The notes under the pieces are model-generated. The model was not told the DNA's origin. It searched no databases and was given only the letters and a program-made list of their open reading frames with translations. 64,000 nucleotides of DNA, taken from assembly GCA_963843145.1 (NCBI GenBank), contig CAWJJC010000002.1, forward strand, positions 96,001-160,000, written 5' to 3'. Positions within the stretch are counted from its first letter, which is position 1. Each line of letters starts with the position of its first letter. A program made the position numbers and the translations under genes. This stretch comes from an uncultured delta proteobacterium (GTDB lineage Bacteria > Desulfobacterota > RBG-13-43-22). Shown here piece by piece: positions 39,771 through 50,150 of the stretch.

Positions 39771-40866
39771 TTCCATCGGAGAACTGTTCAGGGTGACCAC
39801 CTTTGGGGAATCCCATGGGGAGGGGATCGGGGCGGTGATCGACGGTTGTCCTTCCCGGATCGCTTTGTCTGCGGAGGATTTCGTTCCGGCCATGGCCCGT
39901 CGCCGCCCTGGGCGGACGCCTCTTGATACGCCGCGCCGGGAAGAGGACCGGGTGGAAATCCTTTCCGGGGTTTTCGAAGGCGAGACCACCGGCACACCTA
40001 TCGCCCTTTTCATTCGCAACCGGGATGCCGACAGCCGGCCCTATGAAATCCTGCGCAACGCCTTTCGGCCCGGCCACGCCGACTACAGCTATTATCGGAA
40101 GTACGGCCACTTCGATTTCCGGGGCGGCGGCAGGTCGTCAGCCCGGGAAACGGCGGCTCGGGTGGCGTCCGGCGTGGTGGCCCAAAAGATCCTGGAGCCG
40201 GCAGGGATTCAGGTGTCCGCCTGGACCCTGGAATTAGGCGGTATTCGGGCCCGAAAAATTATTCCCGAAGCCGTTGGGAATAATCCTTTCTGCTGCCCTG
40301 ATCCCGATGTGGTGCCGGAGGTGGAAGCGCTTCTAAAAAAAGCCCGGCTAGAAGACGACTCCCTGGGGGGTATCGTGGAGGTCCGGGTCCTGGGCTGTCC
40401 CCCCGGATTGGGAGAGCCGGTATTCGACAAACTGGATGCTGACCTGGCCCGGGCCGTCATGTCGGTGGGCGCGGTCAAGGGGGTTGAAATCGGGGCCGGT
40501 TTTGCGGCTGCCCGGCTTAGGGGGTCGGAAAACAACGATCCCCTGATTCCCGAGGGCTTCCGGACGAACCACGCCGGCGGTATTCTGGGAGGGATTTCCA
40601 ACGGCGACGAAATTCTCCTGAGGGCGGCGATCAAGCCCATCCCTTCCATCAAAAGGGAACAGGATACCATCACCAGGGAAGGGGCGGCCGTTAAACTCCA
40701 TCTGGAAGGCCGGTACGATATATCGGCTGTCCCCCGAGTGGTCCCGGTCCTGGAGGCGATGATCCGGATCGTCCTGGCGGATCACCTGTTGCGCTTCCGG
40801 GCTGTGAAAGCGGAAGATTCTTTCCTGGACCGCAGACCAATACGGACAACTAGCGATGGAGAATGA
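39760..40866 (+). CDS. aroC: Chorismate synthase
   Basis: TTFGESHG, RPGHAD, GGGRSSARET, NHAGGILGGIS. Confidence 0.97.
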   Translation: MAGNSIGELFRVTTFGESHGEGIGAVIDGCPSRIALSAEDFVPAMARRRPGRTPLDTPRREEDRVEILSGVFEGETTGTPIALFIRNRDADSRPYEILRNAFRPGHADYSYYRKYGHFDFRGGGRSSARETAARVASGVVAQKILEPAGIQVSAWTLELGGIRARKIIPEAVGNNPFCCPDPDVVPEVEALLKKARLEDDSLGGIVEVRVLGCPPGLGEPVFDKLDADLARAVMSVGAVKGVEIGAGFAAARLRGSENNDPLIPEGFRTNHAGGILGGISNGDEILLRAAIKPIPSIKREQDTITREGAAVKLHLEGRYDISAVPRVVPVLEAMIRIVLADHLLRFRAVKAEDSFLDRRPIRTTSDGE

Positions 40867-40870
40867 AGCG

Positions 40871-41011
40871 ATGAAAATCTATTTCAATAGCCGCCGTTAT
40901 TATTGGTACTACTTTTTTAACTGGACAGGTCCGCCCCGGCAAACTGCTTTGATTTTCAATGGCCGTGGGGGGATCGAAACCCACGGCCTTTCTTATTTCA
41001 AACGGAGATAA
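40871..41011 (+). promoter_or_regulatory. Internal aromatic leader peptide (MKIYFNSRRYYWYYFF...) and terminator hairpin 40961-40994
   Basis: Aromatic codon run; GGCCGTGGG...CCCACGGCC-TTTCTT. Confidence 0.8.
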
Positions 41012-41015
41012 AATC

Positions 41016-41888
41016 ATGGATAACCTGAAACTCAGCATTAAAAACGGCAACCCGGATAAAAGGACGGTGGTCACTGTCGGCCCGGTTAGAGTCGGCGAGG
41101 ACTTTGTCGTCATCGCGGGACCCTGCAGCGTGGAAAGCGAAGAACAGGCCCTTCAAACCGCCCGGGCGGTAAAAAAGGCGGGGGCCAACATGCTTAGGGG
41201 CGGGGCCTTCAAGCCCAGGACCTCTCCGTATGATTTCCAGGGGTTGGGGCTCAAGGGCCTGAAGATTTTGGAAAAGGCCAAGAAGGAGACCGGCCTGCCG
41301 GTGGTTACCGAAGTGACCGACCCCCGGGATGTTTCCTGGGTCAGCGAATACGCGGACGTCCTCCAGATCGGAACCCGAAACATGCAGAATTTTTCACTGC
41401 TTAAGGAAGTAGGCAAGATGAATAAACCGGTGCTCTTGAAAAGAGGCATGTACTCCACCCTGAAGGAATGGCTGAGCTGTGCCGAGTATATCCTGGCGGG
41501 TGGGAACTCCCAGGTCATCCTCTGTGAACGCGGGATCCGAACCTTCGAAACCTATACCCGCAACACGCTGGATCTGAGCATCGTACCGGCGGTCAAAGAG
41601 ATCTCCCACCTGCCCATTATCGTCGATCCCTCCCACGGGACCGGCCGATTAAGCCTGATTGAACCCATGAGCCTGGCGGCCCTGGCCGCCGGAGCCGACG
41701 GGATCATCGTGGAAGTGCATTACAATCCGGCCGAGGCGCTGTGCGACAAGGACCAGGCCATGTCGCCCGTCCTGTTTACCGTAATGATGAACAAGCTCCG
41801 GGGCCTGAAAGTGGCGCTGGGCTACAGAATCTCCGCAGGTGCGGGAGGGGAGGTCGAGCCCCTTCCGCTGATCGCGGCGGGACGCTAA
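41016..41888 (+). CDS. aroF: DAHP synthase type I-beta, without N-terminal ACT domain
   Basis: IAGPCSVES, RGGAFKPRTSPY.FQGLG, QIGTRNMQNF, ILCERGIR, VDPSH. Confidence 0.95.
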   Translation: MDNLKLSIKNGNPDKRTVVTVGPVRVGEDFVVIAGPCSVESEEQALQTARAVKKAGANMLRGGAFKPRTSPYDFQGLGLKGLKILEKAKKETGLPVVTEVTDPRDVSWVSEYADVLQIGTRNMQNFSLLKEVGKMNKPVLLKRGMYSTLKEWLSCAEYILAGGNSQVILCERGIRTFETYTRNTLDLSIVPAVKEISHLPIIVDPSHGTGRLSLIEPMSLAALAAGADGIIVEVHYNPAEALCDKDQAMSPVLFTVMMNKLRGLKVALGYRISAGAGGEVEPLPLIAAGR

Positions 41889-41897
41889 AGGAAACCG

Positions 41898-42923
41898 ATG
41901 CCGGTATTGACTATCCAGGGCCGGACGGGAAATTCGACCGTCCGGATCGGGGAAAGCCTCCAGAGCCTGCCCCGTTATCTTTCCCTCGGGAAAACCATTA
42001 TCATCACCGATGCCAATGTCCGGGAAGCGTACGGGCGGTTCTTCCCTTCGGCGGAAGTCATCGAGATTGGCACCGGGGAGGAAATAAAGAACCTCGAGAC
42101 GGTGGGCAGGATATATGCAGCCCTGATCCGCTACGAAGCCGATCGGGCTTCTTTCATCGTGGGTATCGGGGGCGGGATCGTCTGTGACGTAACCGGCTAT
42201 GCCGCTTCGACCTATCTGCGTGGCCTGAAATTCGGCTTCGTGGCCACCACGCTGTTGGCCCAGGTCGATGCCGCCGTGGGCGGGAAAAACGGCGTCAATT
42301 GGGAGGGCTATAAAAATATGATCGGGGTGTTCAGCCAACCCGATTTTGTGATTTGTGATCCGGTCTTGCTCCGGACCCTCCCCCGAAGAGAAGTCCTTTC
42401 CGGGATGGCAGAGGTCATTAAACACGCGCTGATCGCCGATGCCGATCTATTTTTCTATCTGGAAGAAAACGGCCCGGCGGTGTTGGATCTCAGGCCGGAG
42501 GTGGTGGAAAGGCTGGTGGAAGATTCCGTAGGGATTAAATCCTCCATTGTCAACCGGGATGAGCGGGAGCAGGGGGAAAGGCGGGTGCTGAATTTCGGGC
42601 ACACCTTCGGTCATGCCCTGGAAAGGGCCGTCGGGGTTTCCCATGGGGAGGCGGTCAGTGCCGGTATGGTCTTGGCGGCGGCGATTTCCGAACAAAAAGG
42701 CTATCTGCCGGGCCATGACCGGGAAAGGATTGAGAAGCTGCTTTCCTCCCTGGGGCTGCCGCGCCGACTTCCCTGCCCGAGAGAGCGGCTGCTGGAGGCC
42801 TTGCGAAAAGACAAAAAGCGGGAAGGGGAGAGGCTCCATTTTGTCTTGTTGAAGGCCCTGGGCCGGGCCGTGGTGGAAGAGATGTCTTTCGAAGAATTGG
42901 AAAAGTTTCTTTCTCGAGCTTAA
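41898..42923 (+). CDS. aroB: 3-dehydroquinate synthase
   Basis: GGGIVCD, TTLLAQVDAAVGGKNG, KNMIG, LNFGHTFGHALE, HGEAV. Confidence 0.97.
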   Translation: MPVLTIQGRTGNSTVRIGESLQSLPRYLSLGKTIIITDANVREAYGRFFPSAEVIEIGTGEEIKNLETVGRIYAALIRYEADRASFIVGIGGGIVCDVTGYAASTYLRGLKFGFVATTLLAQVDAAVGGKNGVNWEGYKNMIGVFSQPDFVICDPVLLRTLPRREVLSGMAEVIKHALIADADLFFYLEENGPAVLDLRPEVVERLVEDSVGIKSSIVNRDEREQGERRVLNFGHTFGHALERAVGVSHGEAVSAGMVLAAAISEQKGYLPGHDRERIEKLLSSLGLPRRLPCPRERLLEALRKDKKREGERLHFVLLKALGRAVVEEMSFEELEKFLSRA

Positions 42924-43030
42924 GGGGTGCAGCGATTCATACGAAGATAAACTCGGGCTCACTGAAAAGTTGAACATCGAACATCGAACGTCCAACATCG
43001 AAAGTTGAATACGAAACAAGGAAACCCATA

Positions 43031-44086
43031 ATGACCCTAGAAGAGATTAGAAAGAATATCGACCGACTGGATACCAGGATATTGAAACTCCTGAACGACC
43101 GGATGGAGCAGGCCCTGATGGTCCGAAAGTTAAAGCAGCGGATCGAGGATCCCGAAAGGGAACAGCAGGTCCTGGAGCAGATACGGCGCAGTGCCACGGA
43201 ATTGATCCATCCGGAATTCATCGAGCGGATCTATTTGGACATCATTCAGGAAAGCAAGACGCTGCAGCAAAAAAACCGGGAGCTGATTGCCTTCCAGGGC
43301 GAACACGGGGCCTACAGCGAGGTCGCCGCCCGGGCCTGGGATCCGAACCTGGTTCCGATTCCCTGTCCGGAGTTTACCGATCTCTTTGAGGGGCTGGAGA
43401 GCGGTCTCTTTGACTATGGGCTGGTTCCAGTGGAGAATACGCTGGGGGGGATGGTCGGCCCGGTGAATGACCTGCTTATCGCAACGGAACTTAAGGTGGT
43501 GGGAGCGGTGGAATGGCCTGTCCATCACTGCCTGCTGGCCCCGCCGGAAATGGACCACCGGGAAATCCGATCGGTTTTTTCCCACCCCCAGGCCCTGGCC
43601 CAATGCCGCCGTTTCCTGGCGCGGAATAAACTGGAGCCGGTTCGCTACCACGATACCGCTGGCGCGGCCCGGATGGTAGCCGATACAAGGCCGACCGGAG
43701 CGGCCGCCATCGCCAGCGCGATATGCGCCAAGCTGTATGGCCTGAAAATCATCAAGGAGGGGATTGAAGATCATGAGAGAAACCTGACCCGGTTCCTGGT
43801 CCTTTCCCAAAGGGAGGCCCGGGAGGAGGGAGATAAATGCTCGGCCCTCTTCTCCACCGCCCACAAAGCCGGGACCCTCTTCCGGGTCTTGGAGGTCTTC
43901 GCCCGGGAGGGTCTCAATCTAACCCGGATCGAATCGGTTCCCGAAGAGCCGGGTGCTTATGCCTTTTTCCTGGATTTTATGGGGTCGATCCGGGATCCGC
44001 AGGTCCAGAAAGCCATTGAAGAAATCAAAGGGATAACGACCCGTTTCAAACTGCTGGGCTGTTACCTGGAAAAGAGGGGTTCATGA
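43031..44086 (+). CDS. pheA: Chorismate mutase / prephenate dehydratase
   Basis: N-terminal CM (IRKNID), FQGE.GAYSE, PVEN, SHPQALAQC, NLTRF, ACT NLTRIES. Confidence 0.95.
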   Translation: MTLEEIRKNIDRLDTRILKLLNDRMEQALMVRKLKQRIEDPEREQQVLEQIRRSATELIHPEFIERIYLDIIQESKTLQQKNRELIAFQGEHGAYSEVAARAWDPNLVPIPCPEFTDLFEGLESGLFDYGLVPVENTLGGMVGPVNDLLIATELKVVGAVEWPVHHCLLAPPEMDHREIRSVFSHPQALAQCRRFLARNKLEPVRYHDTAGAARMVADTRPTGAAAIASAICAKLYGLKIIKEGIEDHERNLTRFLVLSQREAREEGDKCSALFSTAHKAGTLFRVLEVFAREGLNLTRIESVPEEPGAYAFFLDFMGSIRDPQVQKAIEEIKGITTRFKLLGCYLEKRGS

Positions 44087-44856
44087 GGATAGTTGTCGTC
44101 GGGGCCGGACGGATGGGAACCTGGCTGGTGGAGGCGCTCAGCCCGAATCACGAGGTGTCGGTTTATGATCAGGATCCCCGGAAATTGCAGTATTTTTTTC
44201 AGGCGAAGAAATTATCCTCCCTGGCGGAGATTCAGGATCTGGCGCCCGAATTGATGATCAATGCCGTCGATCTGGTTCATACCCGGCAGGCCTTCGAAGA
44301 GGTCCTCTCCTATCTGCCGGAGGACTGTCTGCTGGCCGATATTGCTTCGGTCAAGACCGGCTTGGCGGACCTCTACCGGACCCTGGGGAAACGGTTTGTC
44401 TCCACCCATCCCATGTTCGGACCGACCTTTGCCGATGTGCGCGACCTCAAGGGTGAGCATGCCATCCTGATCGGAGAATCCGATCCCGTCGGGAAGGAAT
44501 TTTTTCGGGATTTTTACCAGGGGCTCCACCTTATGGTCCATGAATATTCCTTTGAAGAGCATGATCGAACCATCGCTTATTCCTTGTCGGTCCCCTTTGT
44601 TTCGACCCTGGTCTTTGCGGCCTGTATGAAAAGACAGGAGGCCCCCGGGACCACCTTTCGCAAGCATATGGACATCGCCCGGGGATTGTTCTCCGAGGAC
44701 GATCAATTGTTGACCGAAGTCCTGTTCAATCCGGCCACCATCCGCCAGATCGAGCGGATCAATTCGCGGCTATCTTTCTTAACCCATATCATCCGGGAAC
44801 GGGACACCGAGGAAATGCAGAAATTCCTGGGCAAATTAAGAAGGAATATCGCTTGA
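44083..44856 (+). CDS. tyrA: Prephenate dehydrogenase
   Basis: GAGRMG, DIASVK, HPMFGP, EEHD. Confidence 0.9.
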   Translation: MRIVVVGAGRMGTWLVEALSPNHEVSVYDQDPRKLQYFFQAKKLSSLAEIQDLAPELMINAVDLVHTRQAFEEVLSYLPEDCLLADIASVKTGLADLYRTLGKRFVSTHPMFGPTFADVRDLKGEHAILIGESDPVGKEFFRDFYQGLHLMVHEYSFEEHDRTIAYSLSVPFVSTLVFAACMKRQEAPGTTFRKHMDIARGLFSEDDQLLTEVLFNPATIRQIERINSRLSFLTHIIRERDTEEMQKFLGKLRRNIA

Positions 44857-45557
44857 AGATCTGCATACCCATCGGCGCTACCACTACCGAAGGGGCGACC
44901 GAAAAGATCATTCGGGCCAATGAACTCGCGGACCTGCTGGAATTTCGTCTGGATCTCTTGGGTCCCGTCCGTCTGGAAGAATTGCGGCGGGCTGCCGTCA
45001 GACCGGTGATCGCCACCTGCCGGTCCAAAAGGCAGGGGGGGCAGGGGCCGGACGACGGCGAGAGGCAGGCCCGGGCTTTACGCCGGGCCAGGGAAGCCGG
45101 GGCCGATCTGGTGGACCTGGAGTACGATCTGGCCCCTCGAATTCGGGAGGACTTGCTGAGGGTCTTTGGATCGGAGCGGGTTATTCTTTCCACCCATCTG
45201 CTCACCGGGACCCCGTCCTGGAGGTCCCTGCAGGGCCTGCTGAAACGAATGGCGGCTGTCGGTTCCTCCCTGGTCAAGATTGTCACTCGGGCAGAGACGA
45301 TTGAAGACAATCTCCGGGTGCTCCGATTAATCCCTGAGGCCGGAAGAATGGGCTTGGAAATTATCGCCTTCTGCCTCGGTCCGCTGGGACGAATCAGCCG
45401 GATCGCTTCTCCTTTGCTGGGAGGATATCTAACCTTCGCCGCACTGGAACCCGGGGAGGGATCCGCCCCGGGGCAGATTCCGGCCGAGGAGATGAGGAGG
45501 GTGTTAACGCTAATGAGCTCAGAAGGATATTCAAGTTCTCATAATGAGACTGGCTGA
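44853..45557 (+). CDS. aroD: Type I 3-dehydroquinate dehydratase
   Basis: EFRLD, ATCR...GG, VDLE, ILSTH, G.ISR, APGQ. Confidence 0.92.
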   Translation: MKICIPIGATTTEGATEKIIRANELADLLEFRLDLLGPVRLEELRRAAVRPVIATCRSKRQGGQGPDDGERQARALRRAREAGADLVDLEYDLAPRIREDLLRVFGSERVILSTHLLTGTPSWRSLQGLLKRMAAVGSSLVKIVTRAETIEDNLRVLRLIPEAGRMGLEIIAFCLGPLGRISRIASPLLGGYLTFAALEPGEGSAPGQIPAEEMRRVLTLMSSEGYSSSHNETG

Positions 45558-45582
45558 TAATTTCTTTATGAGGTTAACCCCC

Positions 45583-46401
45583 ATGATCGACCGAAAAACA
45601 CAAATCTATGGCGTCATTGGATATCCCTTGGGACACACCTTGAGCCCGGTGATGCACAATGCCGCCTTCAAAGCCAATGACCTCAACGCCGTTTACCTTT
45701 CCTTTGAGACCCGGGATCTCCCCGGGGCCCTGGCCGGGATGCGGGCCCTGGGAATCCGGGGAATGAGCGTCACCCTTCCCCATAAAACAGCCGTAATTTC
45801 TTTGCTGGACGGGGTGGATGACCTGGCCAAAAAGATCGGGGCCGTCAATACCATCATCAATAAAGAAGGACGGCTGACCGGAACCAACACGGATGCCCTG
45901 GGCGCTTTAAGGGCCTTGGAAGAGAAAACGAAACTTACCGGGAAGACCGCTCTTATAGTCGGCGCCGGAGGCGCGGCCCGGGCCATAGGTTATCTGTTAA
46001 AGGAACAGGGGGTGCGCCTGACCCTGACCAACCGTTCCCGGGAGAAGGGAGAAGCGTTGGCCGATTGCTTGAATTGCCCTTTCCTGCCTCTGGAGAAAAT
46101 TTCGAGGGTGGATTCCGACCTGCTGGTTCAGACCACACCGGTAGGAATGGTTCCCCATGAGGATCAATGCCTTTTGGAACCCGAAAATCTTAAAAAAGGG
46201 ATGATCGTCATGGATGTGATTTACAACCCCCTGGAGACCCGCCTGATTCGAATGGCCCGGGACCGGGGCTGTACGGCCATCAATGGACTGACCATGTTTA
46301 TCCATCAGGGTGCGGAGCAGTTCCGGCATTGGACCGGTCTTCATCCCCCGCTTACGGAAATGATCGCAGCGGTCAAATCGGCCCTGGGAGCATTCCAATG
46401 A
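45583..46401 (+). CDS. aroE: Shikimate dehydrogenase
   Basis: HTLSP.MHN, SVTLPHK, GAVNT, NTD, GAGGAARA, YNP. Confidence 0.95.
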   Translation: MIDRKTQIYGVIGYPLGHTLSPVMHNAAFKANDLNAVYLSFETRDLPGALAGMRALGIRGMSVTLPHKTAVISLLDGVDDLAKKIGAVNTIINKEGRLTGTNTDALGALRALEEKTKLTGKTALIVGAGGAARAIGYLLKEQGVRLTLTNRSREKGEALADCLNCPFLPLEKISRVDSDLLVQTTPVGMVPHEDQCLLEPENLKKGMIVMDVIYNPLETRLIRMARDRGCTAINGLTMFIHQGAEQFRHWTGLHPPLTEMIAAVKSALGAFQ

Positions 46402-47663
46402 AAGAAATCAAACCACGAGAGACCATCGCGGCCACCGTACCCATCCCTGGGTCCAAGAGCCTGAGCCACCGGGCCTTGATCGCCGCCAGTCTGGCGAACG
46501 GTGAGAGCCGGATCACCAATCTGCTGGAATGCGAGGATACAGACTATACCCTCAAGGCCCTGCAGGGCTTGGGGATAGCTATAAAAACCGATAAAGGAAC
46601 AACGACTATTGCTGGAAAGGGGGGGCGGTTCCCTGTTGCGCCCGGAACCAGATCTCTGTTTCTGGGAAATTCAGGAACTTCCCTGCGCTTTCTGCTTTCT
46701 ACGGCGGCCCTGGTCCGAGGGGAAACGATCCTGACCGGTTCTTCGCGCCTGCAGGAAAGGCCGGTCGGTGAACTGGTCAGGGCCTTGCGCGAACTGGGAG
46801 TGGAAGACATCTCGGCCGGTGGAGACGAATACCCGCCGGTGCGTGTCCGTTCCGGAGGAATAAAGGGGGGAAAGACCCAGTTGACCGGCCGGGAAAGCAG
46901 TCAGTATCTTTCCTCGCTTCTGCTGGCGGCCCCCTATGCCGGTACGGAGGTGGAGATCGAGGTGGACGGATCGATCGTTTCCCGTCCCTACGTGGACCTG
47001 ACCCTGAAGGTGATGGACCGTTTTGGGGTGAGGGTCCAGCGGGAAGGGTATAGCCGATTCAAGATCCCTGCGGGACCGGGCTACTGCCCCGCAGACTACC
47101 AAGTGGAAGGGGATGCCTCCAGCGCTTCGTATTTTTGGGCCGCCGCCGCTGTCACCGGTGGCACCGTGGCTACGGAGAACCTGTTCCCGGAAAGTTCGTT
47201 GCAAGGGGATATGTCCTTTCTGGATCTCTTGGGAACAATGGGGGCAGTGGTAAGAAAAGAAGCCCGCCGGGCGGTCGTTAAGGGAGGGACGCTGGCCGGC
47301 ATCGAAGCGGATATGAGCAGGATGCCGGACATGGTGCCGACACTGGCCGCCCTGGCCCTGTTCGCCAAAGGAAGAACGGTGATTCGTAACGTCGCTCACC
47401 TCCGGCACAAGGAGAGCGATCGCCTCCAAGCCCTTCGGGAGGAATGGACCCGGCTGGGGGCGCGGATCGAAGAGCTTCCCGACGGACTGATTATCGAAGG
47501 TTCAGTACCTTTAACCGGCGTGCTGTGCGACCCCCACAACGACCATCGCTTGGCCATGAGCCTGGCCGTCATCGGCTTAAAGGTCCCGGGGATCCAGATC
47601 CGTCAGCCCGAATGCGTCAGTAAATCCTTTCCCTTGTTTTGGGATTTTTGGAACCGCCTCTAG
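46398..47663 (+). CDS. aroA: EPSP synthase
   Basis: PGSKSLSHR, GNSGTSLR, SSQYLS, RHKESDR, NDHRLAM, VSKSFP. Confidence 0.97.
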   Translation: MKEIKPRETIAATVPIPGSKSLSHRALIAASLANGESRITNLLECEDTDYTLKALQGLGIAIKTDKGTTTIAGKGGRFPVAPGTRSLFLGNSGTSLRFLLSTAALVRGETILTGSSRLQERPVGELVRALRELGVEDISAGGDEYPPVRVRSGGIKGGKTQLTGRESSQYLSSLLLAAPYAGTEVEIEVDGSIVSRPYVDLTLKVMDRFGVRVQREGYSRFKIPAGPGYCPADYQVEGDASSASYFWAAAAVTGGTVATENLFPESSLQGDMSFLDLLGTMGAVVRKEARRAVVKGGTLAGIEADMSRMPDMVPTLAALALFAKGRTVIRNVAHLRHKESDRLQALREEWTRLGARIEELPDGLIIEGSVPLTGVLCDPHNDHRLAMSLAVIGLKVPGIQIRQPECVSKSFPLFWDFWNRL

Positions 47664-47759
47664 TCCCGCTAGAAAAATCGGAAGAGAATTGGGAGTTGAT
47701 GAAGGGGCGGTTAGTAGGAGAATCAAAAAATGATTACTATTTGAAAGTGGCTTTTATTC

Positions 47760-48572
47760 TTATTTCGAAATCGCTGTGGTTTCAAATCCATAGTCTCTCA
47801 GTATCTTTTGGCCCTGGGGCGACAAAATATACATGGCGAGTCTCCAGGCCTCATTCGGCGCTCCATCCCTGACTAAAAGGCCGTAGTCGGCTTCTACAGA
47901 AAGGTCTTCAGGTATCCTGATGATCTTAAGGGCTGGTACTTCTTTTCGAGCCAATACAGCGTTGGTGCAGTAGGTAAGGAAGACGTCAGCCTTCTTCTCG
48001 CTCATCACCCATCCGTATTGGTTGCGTCCTTCGGGAGCCTTATCACTGTCTGGCCCGCCAGTGAGTTGAAGTGCCTTCCCGGAAAGCGTCGTAAAGCTCC
48101 CTTTCTTGATCGCATCTGCTTTTCTAAAAAGTTCCCAGGCATAGTCTCCGCTTGGATCTGCTTTTGGTGTCGAAATCCCCACTCGGACGTTCTTATTCAT
48201 AAGGGTGTTAAAGAGATTTTCTGTTGTACCCTCTACATCAGACTGAGCTAATGCACAAAGCTGATTACGGGCAAACAAGACTACGGGACTTCCCCATCCG
48301 CTGGACGCGAGTTTTTCGGGGTGAGCCATATCCGCGGAAGCGAAAACATCGCAATTTTCACCTCCTTCAATGGCCTTTCTCAAAAGGCCGCTGGGGCCGA
48401 ATTGTTTAGTAACTTTCGTCCCATAGGTTTTTTCATAGGAAGCCGCCACATCGTCGAGGGCTGTCTTCAAGCTTCCTGCTGCATAAAGTTTTAAGGATTC
48501 GGCCGATACGGACAAAGGCGTCGAAAGGACAAGAAGCGCAACAAAAACCAAGTATTTTCGATAGATCTTCAC
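47760..48572 (-). CDS. modA: Molybdate ABC transporter substrate-binding protein
   Basis: Signal peptide, YAAGSL, GPSGLL, DVFASA, DPSGDYA, ADVFLTYCTN. Confidence 0.88.
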   Translation of the reverse strand: MKIYRKYLVFVALLVLSTPLSVSAESLKLYAAGSLKTALDDVAASYEKTYGTKVTKQFGPSGLLRKAIEGGENCDVFASADMAHPEKLASSGWGSPVVLFARNQLCALAQSDVEGTTENLFNTLMNKNVRVGISTPKADPSGDYAWELFRKADAIKKGSFTTLSGKALQLTGGPDSDKAPEGRNQYGWVMSEKKADVFLTYCTNAVLARKEVPALKIIRIPEDLSVEADYGLLVRDGAPNEAWRLAMYILSPQGQKILRDYGFETTAISK

Positions 48573-48874
48573 AATGGCCTCCTTTCTTTTGTGACAACAA
48601 TATAGTTAAGTGGATTTCCCGGAATGTCCCCGAAAATGAATTTATTTATAAAAAAATACTGAAAACTGGATACAATCTCTTTAATCTTCTAACTGCCACA
48701 AGAAAAGCTGTTTAAATTACTTGAGATTTCCTACCCCCTAATAGCAATAAAGTCAATAAACAGTAATCCCCTCTTGTTGACTTCCCTTTGAAGAAATAGA
48801 TAATCTATCAGAAGGTCTCTGGACGCCCAAGCCTTCATAATCAGACGGTCCAAACGGCCCGGATAGAAAGTTCC

Positions 48875-49849
48875 CTACTCGACAACAACGGTTACCACGT
48901 AATTTGAGCCTCCCTGGAGACGCGCCTCGATTTCGGCAACGCCCGGCGTCGGTCCACCTGTAACGTGAATGCGCACGACTCCTAAACGGGCGAAACCCGG
49001 CCCAAAGGGCTCCGGTTTAAGCGTGACCGGGACGCCGCGCCGGGTGATCGTTCCGATCGGTTTCCCGTCGCTCAAGATATCCATGTCGCCTCCCGCTGTC
49101 GAGCGAAGCATCATAGATGAACGACAATCATTCGGCAACGTTATTAAGAGATCAATGGGCAGCGTGGCGGTTTGGCCTGTCTTCACATGCTGCCAATTCT
49201 CGTTGAGGCCTTCATGAAGTTGATTGTAGGCGGCGATATTCGGTAACGGTTTGGCGGTGATGTGTGCGATGGCCTGGGTCGTCCCGGAAAATTCCCCAGC
49301 ATCCGAGAGCTGGATCGTGATTGGGTAATCCCCTGCCTCCTTGGGGTTAAGTGGTCCCCACCGTAGGTGTATCGACTTCAGACCAGGCCTTTCCGGCGGG
49401 AAGGCAGGAAAGGACGCCGATATTTTGAGAACAATTGTTCGCATGTCCTGCGGATCCAACGCGATGGTGAATGGCACGGGCGCGGCCTTTTGCGGCCAAT
49501 TGTAAAGAAGAACAGCCTGCGGGGCATGTCCGGTCTGCGGCGTAAAGGCCGCCGGGAAAGTGAAACGGAATGTCGCCCCGGCCGGTAGAGACATGCCCGG
49601 TACGGTCGGGTTCGGCGACATATTAAAAACGACCCATGACTCAAACGGATAACCGGCCGCAAGACCGCTGCTCGTCATGGGTTGATATTCGATGGTCGAG
49701 CCGAGTGGAGCCGCCACAACAGGCGCGGCCAAAAGTGCTAAAATCAGCGCAACTGGGGTGATTAGCCGTAGCGTTCGAAACCCTATAAATGCGCTCGGAT
49801 CTGGCCTACTTATCTGCCTACGAGAAAATCCACCAAATACTTTCCACAT
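48875..49849 (-). CDS. Hypothetical exported protein
   Basis: 324-aa ORF, signal-like segment, RBS GGAGG; no recognised motif. Confidence 0.6.
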   Translation of the reverse strand: MWKVFGGFSRRQISRPDPSAFIGFRTLRLITPVALILALLAAPVVAAPLGSTIEYQPMTSSGLAAGYPFESWVVFNMSPNPTVPGMSLPAGATFRFTFPAAFTPQTGHAPQAVLLYNWPQKAAPVPFTIALDPQDMRTIVLKISASFPAFPPERPGLKSIHLRWGPLNPKEAGDYPITIQLSDAGEFSGTTQAIAHITAKPLPNIAAYNQLHEGLNENWQHVKTGQTATLPIDLLITLPNDCRSSMMLRSTAGGDMDILSDGKPIGTITRRGVPVTLKPEPFGPGFARLGVVRIHVTGGPTPGVAEIEARLQGGSNYVVTVVVE

Positions 49850-50150
49850 TTTAAACCTCCAGGATATGTTTATTGCTATCTTTGGTGCCAGTTGAGGCGC
49901 ATAGGCGCCAGCCCCTGGCGCCTGGAAGATCTGGAATGCATGGTTAGCGGTAAGGAAGGGAAAATCTCGACAAGGTGTTTCCGCCCATCCATTTTTACGA
50001 GACTCTCATTTTTCCATTGATCGGTATTACTTTAATCGCCTAAGACGCCGGGAAGTTTTTAGCGATAGCCTTACCTTCTATAAGGTCTTTTCATATCCCT
50101 CCCCTGAGTCTTGAAAATAGCGAACCGGCGGCCTTCTCGAAACTCGGGGG

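Noticed and set aside
48585-48660. ModE-type operator upstream of modA
   Set aside because: Only a partial TATAT half-site; no convincing palindrome.
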